Shown here piece by piece: positions 1-13,530 of a stretch of DNA of 64,000 nucleotides (positions are counted from its first letter, which is position 1; each line of letters starts with the position of its first letter). Below the pieces are notes generated by a model. It worked only from the letters and a program-made list of their open reading frames with translations. It searched no databases and had not been told where the DNA came from. The DNA is from Camelus ferus (taxonomy: Eukaryota): contig NC_045697.1 in assembly GCF_009834535.1 (NCBI RefSeq), positions 88,538,001 through 88,602,000 of the forward strand. Reading direction: 5' to 3'. Position numbers and translations under genes: made by a program.

Positions 1-539
1 AAATTGACTCTAAAACTTCAGATGACGAAAACATTGTTAACCTTGCAATTTACAGTGAAATGGAAGATACAATAGAAGATACACAAGTTTTAGTGAGGAA
101 TAAAGGAAAATAAATGAAAGTATGAGACAGGAGTATGGCTTTGAACCTTTAATTGCAGCTTAAGAAGACTCAGAAAAGCTATTAGAGGCTATTGTTTAAT
201 ACTTTACACTGACCCAGATCTAGCAAGGGCAGAAAAGCCTTAAAATATTACTCAAATGGGTAAATGAGAGTCACTCTAAGTAAAAGAGCAGTGGGTAGTT
301 TAATTTAGAATTTATTTCTATTTCCTGATGGCAGTAAAAATCTCCAGCAATCAAAACAGTGACAAATGAGACTTCTGATCACTTCTAAGGGTTTTAGATG
401 TTGAGGTCATGCTTCATTATCTCTAATTGGACTTTAAAATGTATCACTTTTTTTTTCCTTAACACTTGTGTAGAATTTTTTTTTTCTCATATGCTGCTTG
501 GATGGCTGAGTAAATGGCAAAGTCATTCACTGAGACTGG

Positions 540-1090
540 GTATAGGACACAAGAGGAAGATTTGGAAGAAAAAGATGAACTTCATTTTGTAATGTTTATT
601 ATAAATTGCTCATTTGGTGGGGTGTCAAACAGGCTGCCAAATATAGAAATCCGGAGCTTAGGAGGTGAGCTGGAGTTTGGCCACCTCATGAGTGAAAAGC
701 TGCTGGTTGAAGTCATGACAATTAATCAGATGGCTCAGGGAAAGTAAGCAGCAGGAGAGAAGGACGAAGGTAAAACTGTGAGGATTAGTGAAAATGAAAG
801 CGCAGCAGAGGAAATGAAGGCAAGAAGGAAGCACCCTGTGCAGTGGTCTGAGTAAGCTGGAGAGTCGGTACCTTTTAGAGAAACCAAAGGAGGCCAAGAC
901 ATTAAAATGGAAGGCGTGGCGACCACTGAACAAAGCCACAGAAGGAACCAATCCCCATTGGATTTTGCACTTAGGAAAGTGTTGGTGATTTAGAGTGAAT
1001 GGTTTCCACAGAGTGGTGTTAAAATTGAACTGATTGTGAGGCTATTAGTGGAGACATAGGCTTCTTTTTTAAGGAGGTTTGACAAGGAGT
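540..1090 (-). mobile_element. Old LINE-2 (L2) fragment
   Basis: Purine-rich sequence resembling antisense L2 (e.g. ccattggattttgcacttaggaaagtgttggtgattt); heavily decayed. Confidence 0.55.
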
Positions 1091-2957
1091 GGATTCTAGC
1101 TGGAGGGGGGTAAATAGCCCAGGAAGATTTCTTTAAGTTTCAGAGAGCTGAACTTGTTTAAGTAGAGAAGGGAATAACCAGTAGATTGAGAAAGGAAGAA
1201 GAACAAACCAAAGAAAAGTGAATGATGGAGGTCGAGTTTTGGAGCAGACCATGATAACGTCTGGCAGAAAGACGGAAGGATTAGATCAGACAAAGGAGAA
1301 CTATGTTTTTCCCTCAGAAGAAAAAGGCAGATGTACCTTCTAGAAAAACACTCAAATTCCTTTTCTTTGTGATGGATAGGGATACTGCTTATGCACCTCT
1401 AAACTCAGAGAGAGAAACTATTAAACACTTGATAGATGATGGTGAGTAAGTTCAACCATGCTAATCAGCAGTCTCCCAGGTAAGCAGCAGGAAGAGCAAA
1501 ATCTAGCTCTATCCAGGAGGCTGTGCTCATGAATGCTCTTGTTACCGTTGATTCCATTCAGCAGCCACGAAGCCAAGTGGGGAAAGAGAGCTTCAGGTGA
1601 GGAGCTGGAAGACGAGAGCCAAGGCATCATCCTGCTGACTGTGCCGCCTCTGAGTCCGTGTTCACAGCACAGCAATCCTCTTTCTCGCTTGGCTTCCTAC
1701 CATAGCCTTTCTGCAAATGATCTTCCGATGGTCACGTTATTCCTTTCCTGGGCATTTCTGATTCTATTTTCTTTTGCATCTGGCTAGTCTGAGCCAGTCC
1801 CTGAAAGACTGATCCCTACTGGCTACAGTATTAAGAATGATTCTGGACTTTAAAGCTTGGGAGAACTGAGCCTTGACAAAGATGATCTCACCAAAGCCAT
1901 GACACCCCTTGGGGCTCTGCCTAATGGCTGATCAGCCCCCCTCAATGACATCACCATCATCTTTGCTTATCAACATCTTTATCAACCCAGATATTAATTA
2001 AATTATACAAAAAAAGGAGTAGACTTTACACATTTCTTTAAAATCTCATGCCTGAGGCTTTCTGCAGTTTTAGCTAATGTCTGGGCACGTTAGGCCTGTG
2101 TTTCTTTTCATGGCTGCATTGTGCTCTATACCTAGATCATAGCTGTATTTTGCTGATATTTAATTCAGTCTTTTAATATGCCTTTCATTTTCTCGTATCC
2201 TAGGATTTTTTTTTTTTTTGATAAAGGGAAAATAACTAAGCATATTTTCTTTATTTCTCTTTCAAAAGCAAGGGAAAAAAAAGATTCAGGCATCACTAGA
2301 GGCTCTCTATTTTATAGAAATTTGATTTATTTGATGATCTAAAAGCTTAGTTTTTATAGTTCAATTAAAGTATGGTTGGAATCCAAGTATGAAAATTATT
2401 TTTTACAAGTCTTATAAACACTAAAATGGTTAATTAACTGCAGGGTAAGCAAGAAGGGAAAATGCCAGCAAGAACAGAGGAAATGTTTGGTGATTTTAAG
2501 AGAGGGAAAGACAGTTTAACTTTTAAAGGATAGCTGATGTTTTCTGAATGACACATTGATGAGAATCAAGAAGCTATTTTTCCCCATAACTTTCCTTTGA
2601 AAAAAATTTTTTTCCTTGCAGATGTTGGCTAAATGTCTTATTTTTCATTCCTTTGTACATTTAGTTCAGAGTTTATTATCCCCTTACAGTACTTGCTTAA
2701 AGGTAACATTTGATTTCTGTTCAGGATATATAACCATAGCACCCATTTTGGTGAGCCTCAATTTAGAGATAGATGGCATTAACTGGAAGCAATTGTGGAA
2801 AAAGAGGAATTTTGTGTAACTGTCAAAGTTCACAGTACTTGAAACCATGCTGTGGATTGTCTGTCTCTCAGCTCTCTCTCCACATGAGGAGCTTCTGAAA
2901 ACCAGTAAGGGTTGGTGGCGTAGGCATCCCAGATTGGTCAAAGCTTAGATCTACCTG

Positions 2958-2988
2958 ATGCGCACGCACGCACGCGCGCGCGTGCGCG

Positions 2989-3038
<50 letters not shown>
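2958..3038. repeat. Compound (CG)n/(CA)n microsatellite, alternating purine-pyrimidine tract
   Basis: atgcgcacgcacgcacgcgcgcgcgtgcgcgcgcgcgcgc followed by about 20 CA units; 81 bp of uninterrupted purine/pyrimidine alternation. Confidence 0.97.
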
Positions 3039-3041
<3 letters not shown>

Positions 3042-5914
3042 GAGACTTTTTCCTTTAGAATTAGGATTTGTCAACTGTTAAAGAGAAGCAAAAGAAAGAA
3101 TCAATGAATAAAACCTATCCATTTTCTTAATTGTCCTTTACAAGCACTGATCTTTCATGACTGATAGATGGGTGATGCTTAAATTTTATGTCACGTTTTT
3201 CTGGAAATCTTTTAGGGCAATGTTGAGGGATAAAGAGAGGAAATTGAGAGAAATTTAACAGGGCCAGATTGTGGGAAGCTGAGAGAAGAGTTTGATGTTT
3301 ATTTCATAAGCAATAAGAGAAACTGCCCGTTCTTAAATGGGAATGTAACATGAAAGCCTGAATTGTTTTAAGAGAAGGATTATAGTTAAGTTCTCTTTGT
3401 AGTCACAGCGCTCACCCCTGAGAGCTAGTCTCCAAATATTTGTTAACAATAATATGACGTTAATGTCAAGACCTGCCATATGTCATGGTTATAAGGCTTA
3501 TGAATTATGTTAGAATCGAACAAAAGAAGGAGTTGGCCTGGACTAGAGCTTGGCTTTAGTGAGAGTGGTTGGATTAACAAAACCCAGTGTGCCCCCACCC
3601 CAGATTTAGTGTATGTGTTGTGTGTTTTTGTTTGCTGGTCTGCTTGCTTTTTTCTGCCCCTTTACTCAAGTTCTTTAAGTTGGGCTTAAGCATTTTAAGT
3701 AAGCTAATAGAAGATATCCAAGAATAGGCATTATTCTTACGTTCAAAAGTATTTCGTGCTTCCTTCATTTTTTAACGTCTCCATGGTATTTTAATGGGAA
3801 GTTATGAAGAAGCGTAACAGGCACTGCCTGACTTCTGCTGTCCTGACTCAGGAGTTTTTACAATTTCTGATTCCTCAATTGATCTATTATGTGCCCAGCA
3901 CGTCATGTCTCCAAGATGGGAGAGGAGAGTGAGACCTGGGAGATAACCGTGACATGAGAAATTGTAAAAAATAAAAAGGATCATTATTTCAAGAAATAGA
4001 TAGTTCAAGATAAAAGCAAACATTTTCCTTAATAAGCTCTAATCATCAGCAAAGCCCTTGCCCGGAGAAGTGTTCTGTTATTAACAAAATGCATTCGTTC
4101 TGGTTATAATCGACTCTCTTTTTTTTATGTTCATTTTTTGAAGTTTGCAGCAGAGGATTCCAAGCTTTAAAAACTAATTTCCAGGACAGCACTTTATCTG
4201 GTTTTATCCATCCCATTACCGTCCCACCTATTACCATGTTTTGAGATTACTGTCAATGGCTCTATTTTCTATTACTCAAGTTTTAAGGGTGCTAAGGAAA
4301 TTTACTCATTATTTTACAGGTTAAAAACCCAATTCATAGTTAGCATGGCTTCATGCAGTAATATTTTAAGGAAAGTACACAAGCGTGACCTTTATATTTT
4401 TAATTATACCATTTGACTCTTTCCAAAGGATGTTACTATGAGGCTTTCTGATGGCCAGAGCACAGTATAAATCCAAAACACATCTTCTTGGGCTGGTGTG
4501 GGGAAATCTACGTTACTGCAGGAATATAGTACAAAATTACTTTATTACCTATAGCCTCATAGTATCCAGCTGTCAATAGCTAGACATTTATTATCCCACT
4601 TGACATCCAAAAAAAAATATGAGAAATGTTTAAAAAGCAATTCAACTTACATTTCCATGGGGCATGACATGTGCTGCAGTACTTAAAAGGCAGATGGAGG
4701 TAGCATCAATGAAAGCTCCTATAATTGTGCTATTTTTACCATGAATATTATTTTTCCAGATTAATTTAGCTTGGGAAAGAGTAGTTCATATTTTTATTAA
4801 AAAATGATGTTAATTTTAATGTGGATTTTCATTCCTACATTCAAATAAGCTAGAGATGTGAGATTTGTAATCAAAATATTTTCTGTATTATGGAATCACT
4901 AATACTATATTATGTATTACCAATAACTTCAAGGTTAAAGACTCTAAAATACAGCATATTATTTTAAAATAATATGCTTCTCAGATGTATTACTAAAATT
5001 GATCCATAGAAACATGTTATACAAAAGTCTCTGTCCAAAACCACCCTTGGATGATACATTTTAAAAAATCACATTCATTTTTATTAAATGACTGTGGTAA
5101 TCTGCTTCCAAATATTTCCCAATTGTCCCTACCTCTCGGTATTCATGACCAGTTAAGTCCCAGCCCCTTCCTGTGAACTGGGCCTAATGACTGTCATCTT
5201 TGTGTTTATACTTCATACATATATCATATTTTATTAATTACTCATATTTTAAAATTTCCCATTGGTTGAACAGATCCTAATTCTGTAGTGAATTGATGCT
5301 GTTCTTTGCCATCTGATAACCAGTATTAAAAAACCAAAGAATGTATGGACAGCGTAGGTCTGTCTTATGGAATAACCACAGCATATTAGATGTTTACAGA
5401 ACAAACACATTCAGTCCTGACTTTGGCCATATATTTATGGTCTAAGGAGCCAAGAAGAACAAGTACATCATCTGTGTCTAATTGTAACTGTGCGGTGAGA
5501 GGAAGTTGGAAACATTAACAGAGCAGAGAAATTAAGTATCTTGTGTTTTAGAGACAAGAATATATTCTTTTAACCCTTACTTAATTGAAAGGGATTTCCT
5601 GGAGAACATGAAGGTTTACATGGACTTGTGGGTCAGAGTCTTTACCAGGCAGGTGTTTGTATAGGGAAAGAACAGTCTACAAATTAGCATTTCTGTTTTT
5701 AGAAACTTTCCAGATAGGGAACAGACAATGTTCCTCTTTTTATCTCCCTGAACCTGAACTTGGCTTTGTTGGGGAGTCTGCTAGTCTATCTTATCTACCA
5801 AATGTGCACAAGATCTGCGTACTACCCCTCTGCAGTCCGTTCAAAACCATGGAGGATTTTGTTTACTGGGGTTTTAATATTTCTCTCCAAAAAGGAAGAA
5901 AGCAGTGCTTTTTA

Positions 5915-6010
5915 AGCACCTTGAGGGTAGAGATTTGTGTTTATTTTTCTATTCTCAGCACCAGCAGAGTGCTGTCATATAGCAGGTCCCCATTAATATT
6001 TGTTCAAGTT
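5915..6010 (+). mobile_element. L2 3' end fragment
   Basis: ttgagggtagagatttgtg...cagcaccagcagagtgctgtcatatagcagg...aatatttgttc resembles the L2 3' terminus. Confidence 0.6.
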
Positions 6011-7264
6011 TTACTCCAACCCAAGGGTGTCAGGAAACATATGAAAGACATTTGAGATTTCTTCCTGTGCGTTCAGAGCACAATATGTATAGTGGGTATT
6101 TGCTTTCTTCATACCATATTCTAAGCATACCCTTCTTTAATAAAACTTGTCAGCACTGTGACAGATGTGATGCATTGATACTCACGTTCTCTGGCCTTGC
6201 TCTACGTATTAAAAATAGATTGTACTGTATTGGCGCTCTGTCTTCCTCTTTTTACAAACCCTAAAATAGGTATACTATTGATTTCTCAGTCCATGGTTAA
6301 AGAAGGCAAGATTTATTTGCAGCAACCATCTAGGCATTTAGTTAAGTGCTTTATATTAAAGAAGTCTTATAGTATGGGTTTAAAGGTGAGGGTTTCCAAC
6401 CATGAATTTGTTGGTTTGTTGGGGTATGTGTGTGTGTTTATGACGTGTATATGAATATATAGATGTATAAATGTGTATATTGTATATATAAATACAGAAG
6501 ATAATTCTAGGTAAATACATAAGGTTATACATAAATGATACCAGATATATATGATAATATATATATATGAGGCATGAGGTTTATTTCCTTCTTTTACTTA
6601 AGGTTATTTGGTACCACAGGACCCTAAGGTAGCCTAATAAAAGATTAGATTTTTACTTGAAAGTAAGCAGTGTCCTGCCCCTGGAGGGAAGGGGGCAGTA
6701 TGAGGGAAGGGTTTGTGGACATACTAAATGGAGTAGATCTCTAACTCATTGGAATTCCAGTCTTATGAGCTCAGTGGGTTCAAGAGTTCATAAGAACATA
6801 AAGTCCCCACATAATATTTGATATGTTTTATGAAATAAGAAATGAACTGTGTAGGTGTAAGAGAGTAAAAATTATTTAATTGTCTACCAGTTCACCCAAA
6901 AGCATTGTATTCAGCCCTAAGGTTTTTGTTCCATGGTATCAAATTTTATATCAATTACATAAGGTAAAATCAGTTTTCGCATGTCAGACAAAATCTGAAG
7001 AGGGTAAGATATTAGATGTCGTGTATAGTTAATAATCTGGGTTTTCTTGTAGGTTTGAAATTAAGAGTATTTACTTAAAAATTGAAATATTTTAAATGTA
7101 AAATGGAATGAAATTGGATTTGAAAAATAAAATGCAATTTATTTATATATTTAATCATTTTATTTATTTATTTATGGACTACTTTACTCCAAAATGATTT
7201 GACTCATAAAAATTAATTATATGTGAAAAACTGAGGAGGAAATTGCCAAACAGCACATTAACTA

Positions 7265-7485
7265 ACCTTTATTAAATGTCACTTAGGTGTCAGAAACGTT
7301 CATATTCATCACCTCATATATTCTGTTCCACAAACTCTGTCAGGCCTATTTTTGTTTTTTAAAAAACACTGTAGCTCATATAGATGAAGTCATTTACTTG
7401 CCCATTATGATAAAATAAGAACATGTTAAAGCTTGGTAAACCAGGACTTCTAACTCTGTAACGATTTCCCCAGCACTACCCATCA
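7265..7485 (-). mobile_element. MIR SINE fragment
   Basis: tttattaaatgtcacttaggtgtcag...gaagtcatttacttgccca...ccaggacttctaactc resembles antisense MIR. Confidence 0.5.
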
Positions 7486-8529
7486 CTTTCTTTTTAGCTT
7501 AGAATCATGATCAAAGTTATATTTTTCAAACTTTCAAAGGATTAGAAACAAGATAAAAATTTCCTGGTGAATTAAGCAGAAAACCATGGCTTCAATCTAT
7601 TAGTAAAGCATAGTAAGTCCGGAGTAGGAGGGCTGAAACAAATGTTCTATACATATATGTGGTTCCTGGCTTTAATGATCAATTTCACTGTATGTCAATT
7701 GTATTCTGGGAGCTCAGACACTATCACAATTTATTCTGAGTATTCTAAAATAAAATATATGTGCAAATTGTTATTTACTAGAAAAAAAAAAAAAAAAAAA
7801 AAACAACCCTGACATCTGGCATGTTTTTGAAGAGTGTCAGAACTGCTCAGACCAGGCTCACTCCAACTGCAGAGCACAACTGTTGTTAATAACTCGTTAC
7901 CCTCAAGCGTTGTGGCCCCAGTGTTCCACTCGTTTCCTCTCTTCCTAAATTCCAGATTCTATCTGAACGCTGACACTTTGCAGCAGAGAGCTGCTCCTTC
8001 TACCTGACTAAGAAGTCAGTGCTGCGAGGTGGGTTTCCTCCATCCAGGTGCCCCTCGAGCACCACCGCTGTGGCGTTCAAACCCCTGCTCAGCTGTTTCT
8101 TTTCTACCATCGTGGAGGAAGTCTGTGCCTCATGTTTGGAGGCGAAAGTATCTAATTATATTTGCAGTCTCTATTTCCTCTGTCTCCATGAGGACCTTGC
8201 TCTGTCCTTTATACCTCATCTCCCATTTTTTTAATTCTTTCTAAGAAAATGCATGAAATTCAAATAATTTTGCAGGCCACATGCAGATCCCCACCCTCCA
8301 TTTTCAGGTCGCTTCCCATCTGCCTCTTAGCCGTCCCTATTCAGCCGCCAAGTGCACAAGTATTACTCATTAGCACAGAGTAGATGTGTTTGTGTGTGTG
8401 TCTGCATTTCCGTGCATGGAAAGTTCTCTTCTGTGATAGACTCACTGCTCTTTATTTGGACACTGTCAATAGAAATTTTAGGCAAGCCAAATACCACTCT
8501 GAATAGAGGATTAAATATTTGTGTAGGAA

Positions 8530-8720
8530 TAAGGAACATGAAATCTGCCCACCTGACATGGACAATTATTTAGTCTCTCAGTGTCTTATTTTCCTTGTGT
8601 TAAAATGGGGATAATGGTGGTACCTAGCTTGCAGCCTTCTAAGGGAATTAAATGAGTCAAGAGTACAGATTGCTTAGAAGGGCATCCGTCATCTAACAAG
8701 GTCTGTGTAATGATGATGAT
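8530..8720 (+). mobile_element. MIR SINE fragment
   Basis: MIR core-like tctctcagtgtcttattttccttgtgttaaaatggggataatggtggtaccta...aattaaatgag. Confidence 0.7.
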
Positions 8721-9540
8721 GAAGATGAGGATGCCCGGTCTCCTGCCCCTACTGGCTCTGCACTGTCTGGACTGACTAGTCCCGCTTTACCTAACAGTGG
8801 ATGCATCCTTCAATTTGATGCTGTGTAATCATGACTCCAGTTTTAGTTTAAACAAATTACGGTGGAATGTTGTGAAATGTTACAGTACAATGCTGTTGCT
8901 GCTGGGACTTTTTTTTTTAAAGCATAGCCAGGAGATCAATTTCTATAGTATTGAACCCAACAGCAACTAGTTTCTATTTCTCCCTAATTAGCATCCTGGT
9001 TTAACTCTATGACTGAGCAATCCTTATTTGCCAGCTAAGAGCTGGAGCTATAAAACACCCACAGTCAAAAATCTGTTAAGGTACTCTCTCTTTTTTCCCA
9101 CAAATATCTCAAGGAAGTGATAACCTCTTTCATCTTGAAGCAGACAATGCCTCGCCTGAGCTACCACAGAGGTGTGAAATATTTACCCTCTATTTATTAC
9201 CCTGTCATCAGGTGCTTAGATGGGTCACCATTGGGGCAGGAAACTTTCATATTACTATAGTAAGGAATGTGATGTTTTCTTATTTGCTAAAACAGCTTAC
9301 ATGACCATTTTAAAGTGATTTCATAATCCTAAAAGGCTGAGTAAAAGTAAGTAGGTGGTATGGGAAAACAAAAGTAGAAAGAGAAGGGAAAGGAATGAGA
9401 CAAGATACATACAGGGTGATAAATATTGGATGAAGCCTGAGGCAAACATACAGGTGATGAGTTAGAGGTTCGCACAGGAGAACATTTGTCGCTGGTGGTG
9501 GCGTTAGTAACAGGTAGAAAAGAGAAAAGGGGAACCCCAC

Positions 9541-9938
9541 CTAGGGATCTTAGAGTGATGCAGCTGGATGGCTCCTCCTTAGGGGGTGTCTCTCACAGAG
9601 GAGCAATCAGACTGTTGGATGGCACTGCTGTCATCTGTAGGTCCAAATGGTGAGAATCTGCTTCAGAATTCATCACAGAACTTTTGGCAGATCTTGGAAG
9701 ATCTACTTCCAACCTTACTCACGTGGTTCTCTCTGTAGGGCTGCTTTATGTCAGGGCAGTTGGCTCTCTCCAGAAGAAAGAACTCCAAGAGAGTAAGAGA
9801 AAGCCAAGGGACCCAAGATGGAAGCCACAGTCTTTGATAATCTGATCTCAGAAGTGACACATCATCATTTCTACCGTTTTTGTAACCACAAATACCAGGA
9901 GGTGGGATAATCGGAGGCTGTTTTTGACACTGCCTCGC
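9541..9938 (-). mobile_element. MaLR (MLT1-type) solo LTR fragment
   Basis: caagatggaagccacagtctttgataatctgatctcagaagtgacacatcatcatttct...aaataccaggaggtgggataatcggaggc resembles MLT1 LTRs. Confidence 0.7.
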
Positions 9939-10289
9939 ATGCTGGATTCAACACCATCCCTCAGGGCAGTCCCAGACCCTGTGTACGGTGACTAGAGAAC
10001 TCAGGTATGTATCTATAAAATGATAGTAGTATGAAGGAAAATCCCTTTTTGTTAAAGTTCTACTCTTTTTCTAAGACTTCAGAAATACAATAATGACAAC
10101 AACAAAAAAGGTCTTCTCCCTTAGAAGTACACATAGAATTATTTTTTAACATTTAAATTGTGATAGCCGGTATTTGCTTTAAACTATCTCCATGTAAAAA
10201 CATTGGCATTGAAAAGAAACAAGATGGCAAAGACTAGTGAAGCATTTTTGAACTGTATTATGGATACTTGAAAAAATGACCATAGTAAC

Positions 10290-11010
10290 CTATCACACCT
10301 AACAGACTTAGTGATAATTTCTTAGAATAACACAGCGCCAAGGAAATAATCAAAGTTCCCAATTTGCCTCCAAAATATCTTTCTACAGTTGGTTTATTTA
10401 TCCAGGATCTTAATAAGGATCCACCTTATTGATTTAGCTGTAGTATATGCTTGTAGTGTCTTTATGTTTCTCTATCTCCCGTATTTTCTATAAATTGCTT
10501 TCTATGTCTAGAGGCTTGACTGGATTCTGATTCAATTATTTTGGCAAGACTACTTCCTAGGCAATTCTGTGTACTTCCTCTGTGACATCAGGAGATGTAT
10601 AACGATGTTAAATCGGTTGTTTTGTTCAGGTGTTGTCAGCTTGAATAATCCATTATAAAATTATCAACCTTTCACCCAGTTTCTTTAGCATTGTGGTCAT
10701 TTTCCAGATTCTTTGCTGCAAAATAGTAATTTTCTAGTTAGATCATTTCTTTGGCATTTATAAGCTGGAACTCTTCTATAAGAATACTTCTTTTTTTTTT
10801 TTTTACTCATCATGTATTTGGTTTCCCTGAAATACAGTTTGTACAGAAAAGGCAAAATAATAATTACTTTTTTACTTTTGTTCATCAATTTTTCTAATAA
10901 GTGATTGCCCTAGCCACCTCTGAATTTAGTCAATCAGGGGGTGTTTTAGTATAGATTTTTATATATTTGATATGTTTCAGTTCATGGCTCTGATTATTAT
11001 AAGCTTTGAG
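10290..11010 (-). mobile_element. Ancient L1 (L1MC/L1ME-type) 3' region fragment
   Basis: T-rich sequence with old L1M 3' UTR-like motifs (ccaggatcttaataaggatccac; catgtatttggtttccctgaaatacagtttgtacagaaaaggc). Confidence 0.55.
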
Positions 11011-11269
11011 ATTGTGTAAGGTCTTCTGTGTCCTTATTTTTTTCAATTGGTCTTATCACCACTTGAGATATTAAAAATAAAGTAAGTACTTTATTAATAG
11101 TCTTTGTTATCTTTCTTCTATATTAGAATAAGCTTCTTTAGGGGTGGGGTTTTGTTGGCTTTGCCTGTTGTGCAGTATTTCAGATCTTAGGACAGTTGTG
11201 GATTCACAATGTGTTCAACAAATATTTGTTGAAAATGGTCAATGAACCTAAGCAGTTACCTACCAACTC

Positions 11270-11275
11270 TGTGTG

Positions 11276-11310
<35 letters not shown>

Positions 11311-11312
11311 GT
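11270..11312. repeat. (TG)n microsatellite
   Basis: About 21 TG units with one interruption. Confidence 0.95.
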
Positions 11313-11614
11313 AGAGACAGAAGGAGAGGGAGACAAATACAGAGACAGAGTAAAAAAAAATCTGGCCCTACAGTCCACTGTCCACTTAAACGCAATTTCT
11401 TTGATGGAGACATCAAAGAAATTACAGTGAGGGAGAAGGAAAATCAGACAAATGAGTTTTTAAAAATATAAAAGAAAAAAGTATTTTAGGAGATAAGACA
11501 CAGAGAAAATAGGCCATCAACTTAAAATGTTCCTGAAAGGTTTGCTAAGATGAGAACAAAAGCTTAATGACTGAATTCGGCAAGTTGCCAGAGTGATCCA
11601 CAACCAGGTCTTAA

Positions 11615-11925
11615 GATCTGTTCTCTTCTCTGTCTACACTCACTTCCTTGGAACCCTCATCCAGATCTTAAACTAAAAACCAGATATATGTAGAGGACTC
11701 TCAAATTCATATCTTTATAAATAACGGCAATTTAAGCTGATATATCCCGCTGACATATCCAACTCAACATCTCCACCTGCACGTTCAGTAACCACCTCAC
11801 TATTTCCAAAACTCCTTTGTCTGTCCTCCCCAAAATTCCCGAAACCTGGTCCACCTGTACAGTTATAGGTAAGTCCATCCTTCCTACTGATCAAGCCAAA
11901 AAGTCCTTGACTCTCTTTCTGTAGC
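11615..11925 (+). mobile_element. L2 fragment
   Basis: ttctctgtctacactcacttccttgg...gactctcaaattcatatct...caactcaacatctccacctg resembles the L2 body. Confidence 0.65.
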
Positions 11926-12099
11926 ACCTAGAAGACAGATAGGCAGAGACCTAGGTAGAAATAATGAGATCTACCTTAGTTGAATTACACCAAAAAAGAG
12001 TCTCCGTTCTGGCAGGAAGCTCCTATTAGGCCAGGGCCACATTTCCAACACACCAGATGAGAGCAGAAAGAGACCCAGGGAAATCATGACCCTCTCCAC

Positions 12100-12265
12100 T
12101 GTCCAGCAGGACCATTTGAAAGATATTTAGAAATACAGACGCTGGTGTCCCCACCTTAGATCTATTTTCAGAAATGTGAATATGAGACCCAGGTCTATTT
12201 ATGTTAAAAAAAAAAAAACTATATATTTTTGCCATGTAGACTGTGGATTGAGAATAACATTGTCA
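12100..12265. mobile_element. MER5-like hAT-Charlie DNA transposon fossil
   Basis: tttagaaatacagacgctggtgtccccaccttagatcta...ttgagaataacattg. Confidence 0.5.
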
Positions 12266-12646
12266 ACTAATTACCACTTGATATGAAACATCCCTTCCCC
12301 TTCCTCTGTTTCCAGGATCTGTTTCTCAGGCATCATCCTCATGATGTCTCTTTTCTTGTATAAGGGTCCTAGAGAAGCCCTTTTATGGCAATGGGGAAGC
12401 TAGTTTAGAGCTATTGTCTTCACAGTTTTTGCTCATATAGTCCCTAAATGACTTTGAAAAATAATATGCCTCCTCACATTTGTTACGATTAAATTTTACA
12501 ATTAAAATTTGTCATAATTTGTTGAAAATTAAAACCTTTTCATTATAATGCAAATTGCAAAAGATATTAATTTTAATGATTTTTAAAATTCTATGTTATG
12601 TGACAAAAATCATTTAATATCTAATATCCTCCCTCAAAAATAACTT

Positions 12647-13327
12647 TTTGAAGAAATTGAAATATAGTTGATTTACAAAGTTGTGTTTCTGGTGTGCAGC
12701 ATAGTGGTTCAGTCATATATGTATATATACACATATTCTTTTTCATTATAGGTCATTACAAGGTATTGAAAATATTTCCCTGTGCTATACAGTACAACCT
12801 TGTTGTTTTATCTATTTCATATGTAGTAGTTTGTATCTGCTAATCCCAAACCCCTAATTTATCCCTCTCCTCCCCTTTTCCCCTTTGGTAACCATAAGTT
12901 TGTTTTCTATGTCTGTGAGTCTGTTTCTATTTTGTAAATAAGTTCATTTGTCTCTTTTTTTTTAGATTCCACATATTGGTGATATCATATGGTATTTGTC
13001 TTTCTCCTTCTGACTTAGTATGACTGTCTCAGGGTCCATTCACGTTACTGCAAATGGCAAAAAAATTTATTCCTTTTTATGGCTGAGTAGTATTCCATTG
13101 TCTGTGTGTATGTATGTATGTATGTATGTATACCACAACTTTTTAACCCAATTGTCTGCCAATGGACATTTAGGTTGCTTCCATGTCTTGGTTCTTGTAA
13201 ATTGTGCTGCTGTGAATATTGTGGTGCATGTATCGTTTCAAATTAGAGTTCCCTCAGGATATATGCCCAGGAGTGGGATTGCTGGATCATATGGTAAATC
13301 TGTTTTTAGTTTTTCAAGGAATCTCCA
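12647..13327 (-). mobile_element. 5'-truncated LINE-1 (end of ORF2 plus 3' UTR)
   Basis: Antisense L1 motifs (ggatatatgcccaggagtgggattgctggatcatatggta; ccctttggtaaccataagtttgttttctatgtctgtgagtctg); probable TSD aaaaataa(c/g)tt at ~12636 and ~13328. Confidence 0.93.
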
Positions 13328-13398
13328 AAAAATAAGTTCTAATGATGAACTGACAGCTAATCTTTCCTTCTCATTAAAAATAAGCAAAAATTGTAAAA

Positions 13399-13530
13399 CA
13401 GTGTATCTCAAACTTTAATGTGCAGAGGAATCATCTGGGGGCCTTGAAATTCACAGACAGGGCCTGAGATTTTTGCATTTCTAACAAGTTCCCAAGTGAT
13501 ACCTATGGGGTCTTGTCTAAAGACCATACC
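13399..13530. mobile_element. MER5A-like DNA transposon fossil
   Basis: cagtgtatctcaaactttaatgtgcagaggaatcatctgggg...gggcctgagatttttgcatttctaacaagttcccaagtgat. Confidence 0.75.

Noticed and set aside
6665..6702. CTCF-like site (gcagtgtcctgcccctggagggaagggggcag)
   Set aside because: Only a partial match to the core; needs PWM scoring or ChIP evidence.
11196..11471. ORFs with CV or HT repeats (also 2868-3074 and 34260-34653)
   Set aside because: Translation artefacts of (TG)n/(CA)n microsatellites.
13020..13418. 132-aa ORF (also similar ORFs at 30978-31829 and 48450-48722)
   Set aside because: These are antisense or off-frame readings of L1 sequence, not genes.
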